A DNA stretch of 64,000 nt from an uncultured Acidimicrobiales bacterium (GCA_963695075.1 CAVOFR010000008.1:471975-535974), one strand, 5' to 3'; shown: positions 17,252 through 26,631, counted from the first letter of the stretch. Notes: a model not told the origin generated them from the sequence alone. Translations and numbers: made by a program.

Positions 17252-18282
17252 CCGCACCTTCGCAAACCGAGCGCGAGCAGGGCAGCGTCCTCCTCGCTGT
17301 GCTCGTGTTGATGATCATCTCGCTCCTGGCCGCCGCCATGTTCACCGAGTCGTTCCAGCGGCTGTCGGGCAGCCGCGACAGAGCGGACGCCGCCGCGGCT
17401 GACTCGGCCGCCGAACTGGCCGTGAACGAGGCGTTCGCGCGTATCGACGCCGGCGAGACCATCGCATTCCGTGGTTCGGGGGACGTCGGCGAGTCGAGCT
17501 ACTCCTATGAGGCGACCCCGGTCGGTTCGTCCTCCTGGCAGATCGACGGGCAGGCGACCAACGGCGACGTCGAACGGACCCTCTCCGGACTGGCGACCCG
17601 CGAGCCCCGCTACGGCTACACCCTCTTCGCCGAGGATCGGCTCTCGATCGACCGGAACAGAGGACGCGTCGCTGGTCGGGTGGGCACGAACGGCACGATG
17701 GAGATCACCGGACCCTCGCCGGGCGACGCGCAGGAGCTCTACCGACCGGACGGAGCCTGTTCGGGGTGCTCGGACCCCGTGACCCTCGACGGGCCTCGGA
17801 CCGTCGTCCCGGTGACGCGCCCGGTCGGGCCGACGCAGAGGTGCCCGGTGGGCGGCCTGTTCACCACTTTCGTCGACGGTCGGGGCGGAGTCCCCTTCAT
17901 CTGCGATGACCGGGGCGCTCCGGTCTCGTTTGCCGGCCCGGTGCTGGTCGTCAATCCTCCGGCGATCGTCTACGTCGGTCCCTCGGTTTCCCTCAGCATG
18001 GACGGGGCGCTCGTGAACCCCTTCGGTCGTGCCGCCGACTTCCGGTTCTACGTCGCCGGGGACTCGAGCAGATCCGGTTCCGCGCTCTCCGCGACCGGGA
18101 CCACGATCACCGCGCTCATCGACGCACCCGGGAGGTCGCTGCGAACCGACGACACGACCCTCACGGGATCGCTCACCATCGGAGAGCTCGAGGTCCCGCG
18201 GCTCGGACGCCTCCAGATCGTGAGCGACACCAGCCTGGAGTCGCTGGCCGACCAGGCCTGGCGGCTCGAGGACCTCCACTGA
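17245..18282 (+). CDS. PilX-like pilus assembly protein
   Basis: N-terminus EREQGSVLLAVLVLMIISLLAAAMF resembles the PilX_N domain (ErGsaLl..l). 345 aa of predicted extracellular sequence. 7-nt overlap with the upstream pseudopilin gene. Confidence 0.55.
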   Translation: MLTAPSQTEREQGSVLLAVLVLMIISLLAAAMFTESFQRLSGSRDRADAAAADSAAELAVNEAFARIDAGETIAFRGSGDVGESSYSYEATPVGSSSWQIDGQATNGDVERTLSGLATREPRYGYTLFAEDRLSIDRNRGRVAGRVGTNGTMEITGPSPGDAQELYRPDGACSGCSDPVTLDGPRTVVPVTRPVGPTQRCPVGGLFTTFVDGRGGVPFICDDRGAPVSFAGPVLVVNPPAIVYVGPSVSLSMDGALVNPFGRAADFRFYVAGDSSRSGSALSATGTTITALIDAPGRSLRTDDTTLTGSLTIGELEVPRLGRLQIVSDTSLESLADQAWRLEDLH

Positions 18283-18352
18283 GCTCGAGGACCTCCACCG
18301 GGGCAGAGTCCGCGCGCCGGCGCTTCGCCGCCGGGACAGGCTGCGCGGGAGG

Positions 18353-20068
18353 TCAGCTGATGACCCGGAACAGTTCCTCGACCGTGGTCAGGCCCATCTT
18401 CACCTTGCGCAGACCGTCAGCTCGCAGCGTGCTCATTCCCTGCTCCACCGCGACCTTCTCGACATCCTCGACCCGGCCCCGATCCAGCACCAGCTCTGCG
18501 ATCTCCTCGGTGACCGTCAGCACCTCGTGGATGGCGAAGCGACCCCGGTAACCGGTGTCGCCGCAGGCTTCACAGCCCACCGCCTGGAACGCTGAGAACG
18601 AGGACTGGGCGGTAAGCTCGGGCGGCAGCGCGGCAAGGCTCGTCTCGTCCAGACCGAGCCGATCCAAATGGATCTCGAAGGGCTCGCGGCACTTCTCGCA
18701 CAGGCGGCGGGCGAGCCGCTGGGCCAGCACCGCCGAGAGCGCCGACGAGACGAGAAACGGCTCCACCCCCATCTCGATCAGCCGCATCGGTGCCGACGCG
18801 CTGTTGTTCGTGTGAAGGGTCGACAACACGAGGTGGCCGGTGAGCGATGCTTCGACGGCCATTGTGGCGGTCTCACCGTCACGGATCTCACCGACGAGCA
18901 TCACGTCGGGGTCGGCCCGCAGGAACGAGCGCAAGGCCCGGGCGAAGGTCATGCCCGCCTTCTGATTGACCTGGACCTGCTTGATCCCGTCCATCCGGTA
19001 CTCGACCGGATCCTCGATGGTGACGATGTTGCGGGTCGGGTCCCGGAGCTCGTCCAGCGTCGCATACAGCGTGGTCGACTTCCCCGATCCGGTCGGCCCG
19101 GTGACCAGGATGGCACCCCACGGTCGTTCGTAGGCTCGTCGGTAGCGGTCCAGCTGCTCGGGAAGGAAGCCGATACCGCCGACGCCGACCTGCGCCGTGT
19201 TCCTCAGGAGGCGGATTACCGCTGCCTCTCCGTGGACCGTCGGAATGGTGACGACACGAGCATCACACTCGATTCCACCGCCGGCCGCGGTCAGCCTGCC
19301 GTCCTGGGGTAGCCGCCGTTCGGCGATGTCGATGTCGGCCATCACCTTCACCCGGCTGATGATCCCGGCTTCGAGTGAACGGGGCGGTGACATCGCTTCG
19401 TGCAACACGCCGTCGACCCGGAACCGGATGCGGAGCTCGTCGGAGGTCGGCTCGATGTGGATGTCCGACGCGCCCTCCTGGATCGCCTTGGCCAGCAGGA
19501 GGTCGATGAACTGGACGAGCGGAGCCTTGTCGTCGCCGCTCGCCACCTCGACGGCCGCCGCGGGATCGATGACCTCGCGGTTCTCGCCGACCGCGGCCTG
19601 GATGGTCTCGTGCACTCTGGTGTCCGAGTGACCCATCCGCTCGATCAGAGCGAGGATCTGGGCCCCCTCGGCCATGACGGGCTTCACCTGGCTGCCGACG
19701 AACGACCGCAGGTCGTCCAGCGCCAGCACATCCACCGGATTGGCCATCGCCACGATGATCAGGGAGTCCTCGCGCCACACGGGGAGTGCCCGATGGCGGG
19801 TGGCGAGGTTGGGTGGGACGAGCTGAGCCAGCTCGATGTCGATCGCGCGATCGTCCAGATCCACGAAGGGGAGATCGAACTGCTCTGCGAGCGCCCGCAC
19901 GAGGTCGCGCGTCTTGACCAGTCCCTGTTCGAGAAGGACCTCGCCGAGTCGCTTACCTGTCGATCTCTGGATCTCCAACGCCTTCCCGACCTCGTCATCG
20001 CTGACGAGCTCGAGTGCGACAAGGATGTCTCCGAGCCGGCGACGCGTAGCTACCTCGACCTGAGCCAT
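18353..20068 (-). CDS. pilB: type IV pilus extension ATPase PilB (GspE/T2SSE family)
   Basis: Starts at MAQVEVATRRRLGDILV... (ATG 20068; the track ORF's 179-aa extension is antisense to pilT). T2SSE_N/MshEN N-domain, Walker A GPTGSGKSTTLYA, and the tetra-Cys zinc motif CEKCREP...CEACGDTGYRGR. Confidence 0.95.
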   Translation of the reverse strand: MAQVEVATRRRLGDILVALELVSDDEVGKALEIQRSTGKRLGEVLLEQGLVKTRDLVRALAEQFDLPFVDLDDRAIDIELAQLVPPNLATRHRALPVWREDSLIIVAMANPVDVLALDDLRSFVGSQVKPVMAEGAQILALIERMGHSDTRVHETIQAAVGENREVIDPAAAVEVASGDDKAPLVQFIDLLLAKAIQEGASDIHIEPTSDELRIRFRVDGVLHEAMSPPRSLEAGIISRVKVMADIDIAERRLPQDGRLTAAGGGIECDARVVTIPTVHGEAAVIRLLRNTAQVGVGGIGFLPEQLDRYRRAYERPWGAILVTGPTGSGKSTTLYATLDELRDPTRNIVTIEDPVEYRMDGIKQVQVNQKAGMTFARALRSFLRADPDVMLVGEIRDGETATMAVEASLTGHLVLSTLHTNNSASAPMRLIEMGVEPFLVSSALSAVLAQRLARRLCEKCREPFEIHLDRLGLDETSLAALPPELTAQSSFSAFQAVGCEACGDTGYRGRFAIHEVLTVTEEIAELVLDRGRVEDVEKVAVEQGMSTLRADGLRKVKMGLTTVEELFRVIS

Positions 20069-20188
20069 GTGGTGCTCATCGGCCTCCGGCTCCCGGTGTT
20101 GAGCCACCGAGCGAGCTCCGCTCGGCAAGATCGCCGTCCCCCGGGTGGGATCGCTCAACTCGGCCTCGGGGCCGCCGATTCTCCTCGT

Positions 20189-21352
20189 GTGGAAACCCCG
20201 CCCGAAGCAGACTGGCGCGCCCTCGACGACGATGGGCGCGCGTTCCTGAGTGAAGCACTGTCGGCGATCGACGATCCGGCCAGCGGAAGACTGGCCGAGC
20301 TGCTCGATGCCGCCGTGGCCGCCGGGGCGTCGGACCTCCACCTCACCGCGGGGTTGGTGCCGTATCTCCGGGTACGGGGGGTGTTGCGCCCGCTCGCCGG
20401 CGCCACCGCGCTCTCGGCGACAGAGCTGCACCAACTCCTGGAGGCCGCGCTGTCCGCCGAACAGCGATCGACGCTGTCGGCCACCGGCGATCTCGACATC
20501 GGGTTGACCCTCGGTCAAGCCGATGGCCAGGGGCGGCGATTCCGAGTCAACGTCTTCCGTCAGACCGGGACGCTCGCCGCAGCGATCCGCATCGTTCCCT
20601 CCCACATCCCGGAGATGGGCGAGCTCGGCCTGCCCGCGACGATCCAGCGCTTCGTCGAGCTCGACGGAGGCCTGGTCCTCGTCACCGGGCCCACCGGATC
20701 AGGAAAGTCGACGACCCTCGCGGCCATGACCGAGCAGATCAACCGCACCCGGGCCGATCACATCGTCACGATCGAGGACCCGATCGAGTACCGCTACTCC
20801 AGCGCCGCGTCGATCGTCCAGCAGCGTGAGGTCGGCATCGACACGTGCTCGTTCGCAACGGCGCTGCGCCATGCGCTCCGCCAGGACCCCGATGTCATCC
20901 TGATCGGCGAGCTCCGCGACCTGGAGACCATAAGGATCGCTCTGACCGCGGCGGAAACGGGCCACGTTGTCTTCGCGACGCTCCACAGCGCCGACGTCAC
21001 CAGCTCGGTCAACCGGGTGATCGATGTCTTTCCTGCCGACCAACAGGCCCAGATCCGCTCCCAGCTCGCCCTCTCCATACAGGGGTGCGTCAGCCAGCGG
21101 CTGCTCCCGGGCGCCGACGACACCCTCGCCGTGGCCACCGAGGTCATGGTCGCCACGTCGGCCGTACGCAACCTGATCCGCGACGACAAGCTGCATCAGC
21201 TGCGATCGGTCCTGGAGACCGGCGGCGAACACGGGATGCACACGTTCGATCAGTCCCTCTCCGAACTGGTCAGGCGAAATCAGCTCGATCCGAGTGTGGC
21301 CCGTCGGGCCGCCCACAGCGTGTCCAACCTCGAGGCCAGGGACCGGCCATGA
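20189..21352 (+). CDS. pilT: twitching-motility retraction ATPase PilT
   Basis: ASDLHLTAGLVPYLRVRG, Walker A VTGPTGSGKSTTLAAM, TIEDPIEY, ALRQDPDVILIGELRD and GHVVFATLHS. There is no in-frame ATG after pilB, so the start is provisionally GTG 20189. Confidence 0.9.
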   Translation: METPPEADWRALDDDGRAFLSEALSAIDDPASGRLAELLDAAVAAGASDLHLTAGLVPYLRVRGVLRPLAGATALSATELHQLLEAALSAEQRSTLSATGDLDIGLTLGQADGQGRRFRVNVFRQTGTLAAAIRIVPSHIPEMGELGLPATIQRFVELDGGLVLVTGPTGSGKSTTLAAMTEQINRTRADHIVTIEDPIEYRYSSAASIVQQREVGIDTCSFATALRHALRQDPDVILIGELRDLETIRIALTAAETGHVVFATLHSADVTSSVNRVIDVFPADQQAQIRSQLALSIQGCVSQRLLPGADDTLAVATEVMVATSAVRNLIRDDKLHQLRSVLETGGEHGMHTFDQSLSELVRRNQLDPSVARRAAHSVSNLEARDRP

Positions 21353-22662
21353 CGGCGGCGATGGCCCGATCCCCGTTCCGCCGGCGGCAACAGCAGTCGC
21401 CCGGCGATACCGGTACCGCCGTCGTTGCGTCTCCGCCCGGAGGGGCGGCCACTTTCCGCTACCGGGCGATCGACGAGGACGGTGCGGTCCGAAATGGCCA
21501 GCTGGACGGTGATTCCGAAGCCGAGACCGTCGCCCGACTGCGCCGCCACGGTCTCAGGCCGGTCTGGGTTCGCCGATCGCGTTCCGCTGCGCTCGGCCAC
21601 GACTACTCGATGCCGGGGAGGGGGCCGAAGGTCAAGGGCGGAGAGTTGGCGGTCATGGCCCGACAGTTCTCGACGATGATCAATGCCGGTATCCCCCTGC
21701 TACGGACCCTGGAGGTACTGCGCAGACAGGCCGACAATCCCCTTCTCGTCAGCACGCTCGAGCAGATGCGTTTCGACATCGAGGCCGGTGACTCCCTGAG
21801 CGACGCCGTCAGCCGCCACCCGAGGGTCTTCGATCGACTCTTCGTCGCCATGATCCGATCCGGGGAGGCGGCCGGAGCCCTCGACATCGTCCTGCTCCAG
21901 ATCTCCACCACCCTCGAGCGTGCCGTGGCGATCCGTCAGAAGATCCGCTCGGCCCTGGCCTACCCGACGGCCGTCCTGTTCATGGTGGTCGGCGTGATCA
22001 TCGCCATGCTGCTCCTCGTGGTCCCGGTCTTCGCCGGCCTCTATGACGATCTCGGCGGCACCCTGCCTCTTCCGACCCGGCTCCTGGTGGCGGCGTCCGA
22101 CACGATCACGAACTACGTGCCCTACATCGCGATCGGTACCGCGATCGCGGGCTTCGTACTCATCCGGTGGAAACGGACCGATCAGGGCCGGTACCGATTG
22201 GACGGGCTGAAACTGCGTCTCCCGCTCGTCGGCAACCTCCTGCGCAAGAGCGCGGTCGCTCGGTTCGGCCGCACGATGGCCGTGCTCACCAAGGCCGGGG
22301 TACCCGTGCTGGAGACCCTGAGGATCTCCGCCGACACGGTGGGCAACGCCGTCCTCTCCCGGACGCTGTCCGACACCCGCGACGCGGTGCGCAGTGGCGA
22401 GCCCATCGCCGCGAATCTCGCCCGGGGCGAGATGTTCCCGCCGATGGTCATCCAGCTGGTGTCCGTCGGCGAGGAAACCGGCACCCTCGACCAGATGTTC
22501 GACACGGTGGGGCGGACATTCGAGGAGGAGGTCGAGACCTCGGTCGCCGGCTTCGCCGCGCTGATCGAGCCGCTCATGATGGCGCTCATCGGTGTCGTCG
22601 TCGGGGGCATGGTGATCGCCCTCTACCTACCGATGTTCCGGCTCATCGAGCTCGTTCAGTAG
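21349..22662 (+). CDS. pilC: type IV pilus platform protein PilC (T2SSF family)
   Basis: ATGA overlap with the pilT stop. Two T2SSF repeats (LAVMARQFSTMINAGIPLLRTLEVL... and VARFGRTMAVLTKAGVPVLETLRI...) and three TM segments. Confidence 0.95.
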   Translation: MTAAMARSPFRRRQQQSPGDTGTAVVASPPGGAATFRYRAIDEDGAVRNGQLDGDSEAETVARLRRHGLRPVWVRRSRSAALGHDYSMPGRGPKVKGGELAVMARQFSTMINAGIPLLRTLEVLRRQADNPLLVSTLEQMRFDIEAGDSLSDAVSRHPRVFDRLFVAMIRSGEAAGALDIVLLQISTTLERAVAIRQKIRSALAYPTAVLFMVVGVIIAMLLLVVPVFAGLYDDLGGTLPLPTRLLVAASDTITNYVPYIAIGTAIAGFVLIRWKRTDQGRYRLDGLKLRLPLVGNLLRKSAVARFGRTMAVLTKAGVPVLETLRISADTVGNAVLSRTLSDTRDAVRSGEPIAANLARGEMFPPMVIQLVSVGEETGTLDQMFDTVGRTFEEEVETSVAGFAALIEPLMMALIGVVVGGMVIALYLPMFRLIELVQ

Positions 22663-22732
22663 AAACCCTCAAGCCCGACCATTCATCGCCGATGGTAAGG
22701 CGCATTACCTGACGAATCCGTAGGAGTACGCA

Positions 22733-23224
22733 ATGAGAGTTCCCATGACGAGCCGATCGGAGAGCAGGTCCTCCGGCGGCGAAGGCGGCTTCACCCTCAT
22801 CGAGGTGATGGTCGTGGTGTTGATCATCGGCGTCCTGCTCGCCATCGGTGTACCCACCTATCTCGGCGCCCGCTCGCGCGCTCAGGATCGTGCCGCCCAG
22901 TCGAGCGACCGGGTCGCCCAGTCGACCGCCATGGTCATCTTCACCGACGAGGGTGACTTCGGCGACGCGACGACCGCTGCGATGCGGACGGCCGAGCCCA
23001 GCCTCACCTGGCTCGCAGCCAACTCCGCTTCGGCAGACGACAGCCGGGTGAGCATCGCCGCCAACCGCACCGGCACGGAGTGGGGTGCGGCGGCCATGTC
23101 CGACTCGGGCACCTGCTTCTACATCCGCCTCCGCTCGAGCGCGGGGGCGCTGTACGGCAGCTCGGGATCGGCGAGTTGCACCGGCAACTCGGCACTCACT
23201 CGAGCCCGCAGCGCCGAGTGGTAA
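22733..23224 (+). CDS. pilA: type IV major pilin (prepilin with class III signal peptide)
   Basis: TAGGAG RBS 6 nt upstream. Leader MRVPMTSRSESRSSGGEGG | FTLIEVMVVVLIIGVLLAIGVPTYLGARSRAQDRAAQS. C-terminal Cys pair (GTCFYIRL...SASCTG) resembles a disulfide-bonded D-region. Confidence 0.9.
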   Translation: MRVPMTSRSESRSSGGEGGFTLIEVMVVVLIIGVLLAIGVPTYLGARSRAQDRAAQSSDRVAQSTAMVIFTDEGDFGDATTAAMRTAEPSLTWLAANSASADDSRVSIAANRTGTEWGAAAMSDSGTCFYIRLRSSAGALYGSSGSASCTGNSALTRARSAEW

Positions 23225-23249
23225 TCCACGACTGACAGACCTGCCGGTC

Positions 23250-23292
23250 ATGGGGACGTTCAGCTGCATCTGATGTAGCTGAACGTCCCCAT
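23250..23292 (+). terminator. perfect 16-bp stem hairpin downstream of pilA
   Basis: ATGGGGACGTTCAGCT-gcatctgatgt-AGCTGAACGTCCCCAT, 26 nt after the pilA stop. There is no obvious U-tract, so it may act as a stabiliser rather than a terminator. Confidence 0.55.
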
Positions 23293-23331
23293 AACCCGTT
23301 CAGGACACCGCGGAGAAGTACGCTCCGACCG

Positions 23332-25503
23332 GTGAGCGTCGCTCTGGACCGGAAGGAGATCCCGTCACCTCGCCCGCCCGGGCGGCGGCGTCGCAACCCT
23401 GCCCTCGACGGCTACCGGGGGGCCGCCCTGGTGGGGATGATGGCCTGGCACGCCGGGATCGACGTCGTCCGGGGCGGATTCGCCCGGATGACCATCTTCT
23501 TCGTTCTCTCCGGCTTCCTCGCCACTCTCTCCTACCGGCGAGTGTGGAAGAGCGGGAGGTCGGGGGCGTTCCGACGATTCTGGTCCAATCGGGCCCGTCG
23601 CCTTCTTCCGGTGACGCTGATCGGTGTCGCCACCAGCATCGTCTACACACTGGCGTGGGGCAGTCGGGACATGATCACCGCCCTGCCGGGTGACGTCGCC
23701 TCGGTGTTCCTCTACGTCTCGAACTGGCGGTTCATCGAATCCGGACGCAGCTACGCAGAGCTGTTCGAGCGTCCCTCCGCCCTCCAGCACTACTGGACGC
23801 TGTCGCTCGAAGAGCAGTGCTTCATCCTCCTCCCGGTCGTCCTCGGCGTGGCCGGCTGGCTCTCCAGACGTCGCTATCTGTTCGGTGTCGCCGCGGTGAC
23901 CGGGTTGGCGGTCGTCCTCGGCGTCCTCCCCCTCTTCACCCGACCCGACCCCGATACCGCCTACTACGGAACGCACGTCCGGGGCAGCGAGTTCCTGGTC
24001 GGTGTGCTGGCCGGTCTCTGGCTCCTGCGCCGCGGCGGCAGCACGACCGACGACCGCACGCTGCCGAGCATCCGCTTCCTCGGGCTCGGTTCTCTGCTGC
24101 TCCTCGCCGCGGTCATGCTCTTCCTGGATCGCTCGGAGTCCTGGCTGTACCAGGGCGGCATGGCCCTCTTCGCCCTGCCGGCCGCACTCACGCTGCTCGC
24201 GGCACTCGACCCGACCACCGCCGTGCACCGGATCCTCCGTTGGGCCCCGATCGCCATGCTGGGTCGCTGGGCGTTTCCCATCTACGTGATCCACTGGCCG
24301 ATCTTCCAGTACGTCGACCGCCAGCTCGACCTGCCCCGGACCGCCGAGCTCGTCGTCTCCTTCGGCGCCGCCATCGCTCTCGGGGCGGCCCTTCACCGCT
24401 GGTACGAACGGCCGCTCATGGAGGCGGCCCACACCCCGGCCGAGCGACGGGAAGCCGGCCAGTGGCTCGTTCCGGATCGCCCGCTGTTCACCTCTGTCGC
24501 CGTCGTCACCGCGGTGCTCATGGCCGCGGCCTTCCTGCCTGCCGGCTCGCCGCAGTCCGACGTCCTCGATCTCGCCACGCTCCCCCCGGACCCGTTCGCA
24601 CCCGCCGCTGACCGACCCGGGCCACCGCCGTCCCAGTCTTCCGAGACTCCCGACCATACCGTGCCGGTCGACGCCTGGGCGGAGGAGGTCACCCTCGCCA
24701 ACCTGGCCGCCCGCAGCGTGACGGTGGAAACCGCCCCGGAGATACTCGCCCGTGGCCCGTCCACCCCACTACCGGACAGCGGATCCCGCGCCGACGGCAT
24801 GGGCCGCCGATTCGCGCTCTACGGCGGCTCGACCGCGTTCGTGTACGGCTTCCATCTGACCGAGGACCTGTCCGAGCAGGTCACCTGGAGCCCAGCCTCG
24901 GCCCGGCTCGGCTGCGGTCTCCTCCGAGACGTACGCAGGCGCACCACCCAGAGGGAGCTCCCGCACAAGGAGGTCTGCGACGACTGGCCACTGCTGTGGC
25001 CGGCCATCGCCATCGAGGCGCGCACCGAGGTCGTCGGCCTCATGACCGGGGTCTGGGAGACCTACGACATCCAACTCCCGGACGATTCGGAGTGGCGCAG
25101 CGTCCTCGAACCCAGCGTCGAAGAGGCGCTTCGATCCGAGCTGGCCCGGGCCCACCAGAGCTTCGTCGACGCCGGCGTTTCCCTGCTGGTGCTGTTCACG
25201 ACACCGCAGGTGACCGATGGGGCCGCCGGAGACTCCCGCCTCGACCGAGGGCTCCCCGACGATCACGACCTGCGGGTCGAGCGCTACAACGTGATCCTGT
25301 CGAGCTTCGCCACCGAGCACCCCGACGTCACGGTGGTCGACTATGGACGCTTCATCGACGAGTCGTCCGAGGAGCAGCGCAACCAATGGCTCAACGACGG
25401 CGTACACCCGACCAGTGAATCGAGCGATCTGCTGCTCGAGGAGTACCTCGTGCCGTCCATCGAAGATGCCGTCCGAGGCTGCGCGACTTGCCCGTGGAGC
25501 TGA
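23332..25503 (+). CDS. acyltransferase family 3 (OafA/YrhL-like) membrane protein with C-terminal SGNH-like domain
   Basis: GTG start. ALDGYRGAALVGMMAWHAG...FFVLSGFL and about 10 TM helices. The extracytoplasmic C-terminus ends in NDGVHPTSESS (SGNH block V-like DxxH). Confidence 0.85.
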   Translation: MSVALDRKEIPSPRPPGRRRRNPALDGYRGAALVGMMAWHAGIDVVRGGFARMTIFFVLSGFLATLSYRRVWKSGRSGAFRRFWSNRARRLLPVTLIGVATSIVYTLAWGSRDMITALPGDVASVFLYVSNWRFIESGRSYAELFERPSALQHYWTLSLEEQCFILLPVVLGVAGWLSRRRYLFGVAAVTGLAVVLGVLPLFTRPDPDTAYYGTHVRGSEFLVGVLAGLWLLRRGGSTTDDRTLPSIRFLGLGSLLLLAAVMLFLDRSESWLYQGGMALFALPAALTLLAALDPTTAVHRILRWAPIAMLGRWAFPIYVIHWPIFQYVDRQLDLPRTAELVVSFGAAIALGAALHRWYERPLMEAAHTPAERREAGQWLVPDRPLFTSVAVVTAVLMAAAFLPAGSPQSDVLDLATLPPDPFAPAADRPGPPPSQSSETPDHTVPVDAWAEEVTLANLAARSVTVETAPEILARGPSTPLPDSGSRADGMGRRFALYGGSTAFVYGFHLTEDLSEQVTWSPASARLGCGLLRDVRRRTTQRELPHKEVCDDWPLLWPAIAIEARTEVVGLMTGVWETYDIQLPDDSEWRSVLEPSVEEALRSELARAHQSFVDAGVSLLVLFTTPQVTDGAAGDSRLDRGLPDDHDLRVERYNVILSSFATEHPDVTVVDYGRFIDESSEEQRNQWLNDGVHPTSESSDLLLEEYLVPSIEDAVRGCATCPWS

Positions 25504-25629
25504 CCACTCCAGCAACGTGATATCCGGGAGCTCGCTGCCGTACCGGCCTCGGGGTCAGTAGGCTCGTCGCGGCTCGGTCCCCTGGGCTCCGACGCAGGTC
25601 GGAATACCGCGACGCAACGGGAGCACGAA

Positions 25630-26631
25630 ATGCACACGGCACTGGTCACGGGAGGAGCCGGATTCCTCGGAAGCTCGGTCGTACGCGAGCTCCTGGGCCA
25701 GGGTGACACCGAGGTGCGGGTCCTGGCCCTGCCCGACGAGCCGCTGGACAATCTCGAGGGGCTCGACGTCGATGTCGTTCGCGGCGACGTGACCGACCCC
25801 GAGGCGGCCCTGAGCGCCACAGCAGGGATCGGGACGCTCTACCACTGTGCGGCGATCTACAAGGACTACATGCCCGATCCCACACCGATGTACACGGTCA
25901 ATCTCCGGGGCACGTTCAACATGCTCGAGGCGGCCCGACGCAACGACGTGACCACAACCGTGTACACCTCGTCGATCACGGCACTGGGGCGCTCGGGAGC
26001 AGACGGCCGGAGCGACGAATCGACACCCTTCGAGGCGTGGGACGTCGATTTCCCGTATCCCAGGACCAAGTACCTGTCCCAGATGCTGGCCGAGGACTTC
26101 GCTCGATGGGGCCAGGACGTACGCATCGTCTGCCCCGGCGTGCTGTTCGGTCCCCGCGACATCGGCCCCACGCCCTCGGGGAAGCTCATCATCAACCTCC
26201 TGGGCGACGCCGCCCCACCCGTCGTCGGTGAGGGCGGCAGCAGCTACGTGGACGTGCGCGACGTGGCCAGGGTCCACGTCCTCGCTGCCGCCAAGGGCCA
26301 ACCCGGCGCGGTGTACGCAGCCACGGCGCACAACCTGGGCAACCGCGAGTTCATCCGGGCCGTGCTCAGCGCCGGCGGACGCGATCCCGGCAAGCGGCTG
26401 GTGAAGGTCCCGGGCCGGGTCCTCTCGCGGCTCGCCAAGACCATGGAGACCATCGCCATCCGCAAGGGAGAGGAGCCGGACATGACCGCCGTCATGCTCG
26501 ACTATTCCCGCTCGCCCCTATACATCGACAACAGCCGCTCGATCGACGAACTCGGCGCCGACTACCGCCCCATCGACGAAACGATCCGTGACGCCATCGC
26601 CGACTTCCGCCAGCGAGGACTGATCACCTGA
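25630..26631 (+). CDS. NAD-dependent epimerase/dehydratase (extended SDR; dihydroflavonol-reductase/HpnA-like)
   Basis: MHTALVTGGAGFLGSSVVRELL Rossmann motif, and YPRTKYLSQ (Y-x-x-x-K). Confidence 0.85.
   Translation: MHTALVTGGAGFLGSSVVRELLGQGDTEVRVLALPDEPLDNLEGLDVDVVRGDVTDPEAALSATAGIGTLYHCAAIYKDYMPDPTPMYTVNLRGTFNMLEAARRNDVTTTVYTSSITALGRSGADGRSDESTPFEAWDVDFPYPRTKYLSQMLAEDFARWGQDVRIVCPGVLFGPRDIGPTPSGKLIINLLGDAAPPVVGEGGSSYVDVRDVARVHVLAAAKGQPGAVYAATAHNLGNREFIRAVLSAGGRDPGKRLVKVPGRVLSRLAKTMETIAIRKGEEPDMTAVMLDYSRSPLYIDNSRSIDELGADYRPIDETIRDAIADFRQRGLIT

Noticed and set aside
18264-18298. 16-bp direct repeat GCTCGAGGACCTCCAC on either side of the pilX-like stop codon (19-bp period)
   Set aside because: A single short microduplication. 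The 19-bp period is not a multiple of three, so read-through would not repeat the peptide, and no slippery sequence or structure suggests recoding. It is probably replication-slippage debris.
18353-20605. 750-aa version of PilB with a 179-aa N-terminal extension
   Set aside because: The extension is antisense to the 5' part of pilT and has no T2SSE similarity. The canonical PilB N-terminus (MshEN-like RLG motifs) begins right after the internal ATG at 20068.
25630-26631. HpnA-like epimerase plus the squalene-cyclase-repeat protein (50611..51561) as a hopanoid gene cluster
   Set aside because: The two genes are 24 kb apart, with unrelated operons between them. The 316-aa toroid protein is far too short to be a squalene-hopene cyclase, and no hpnC-H or shc genes are present.
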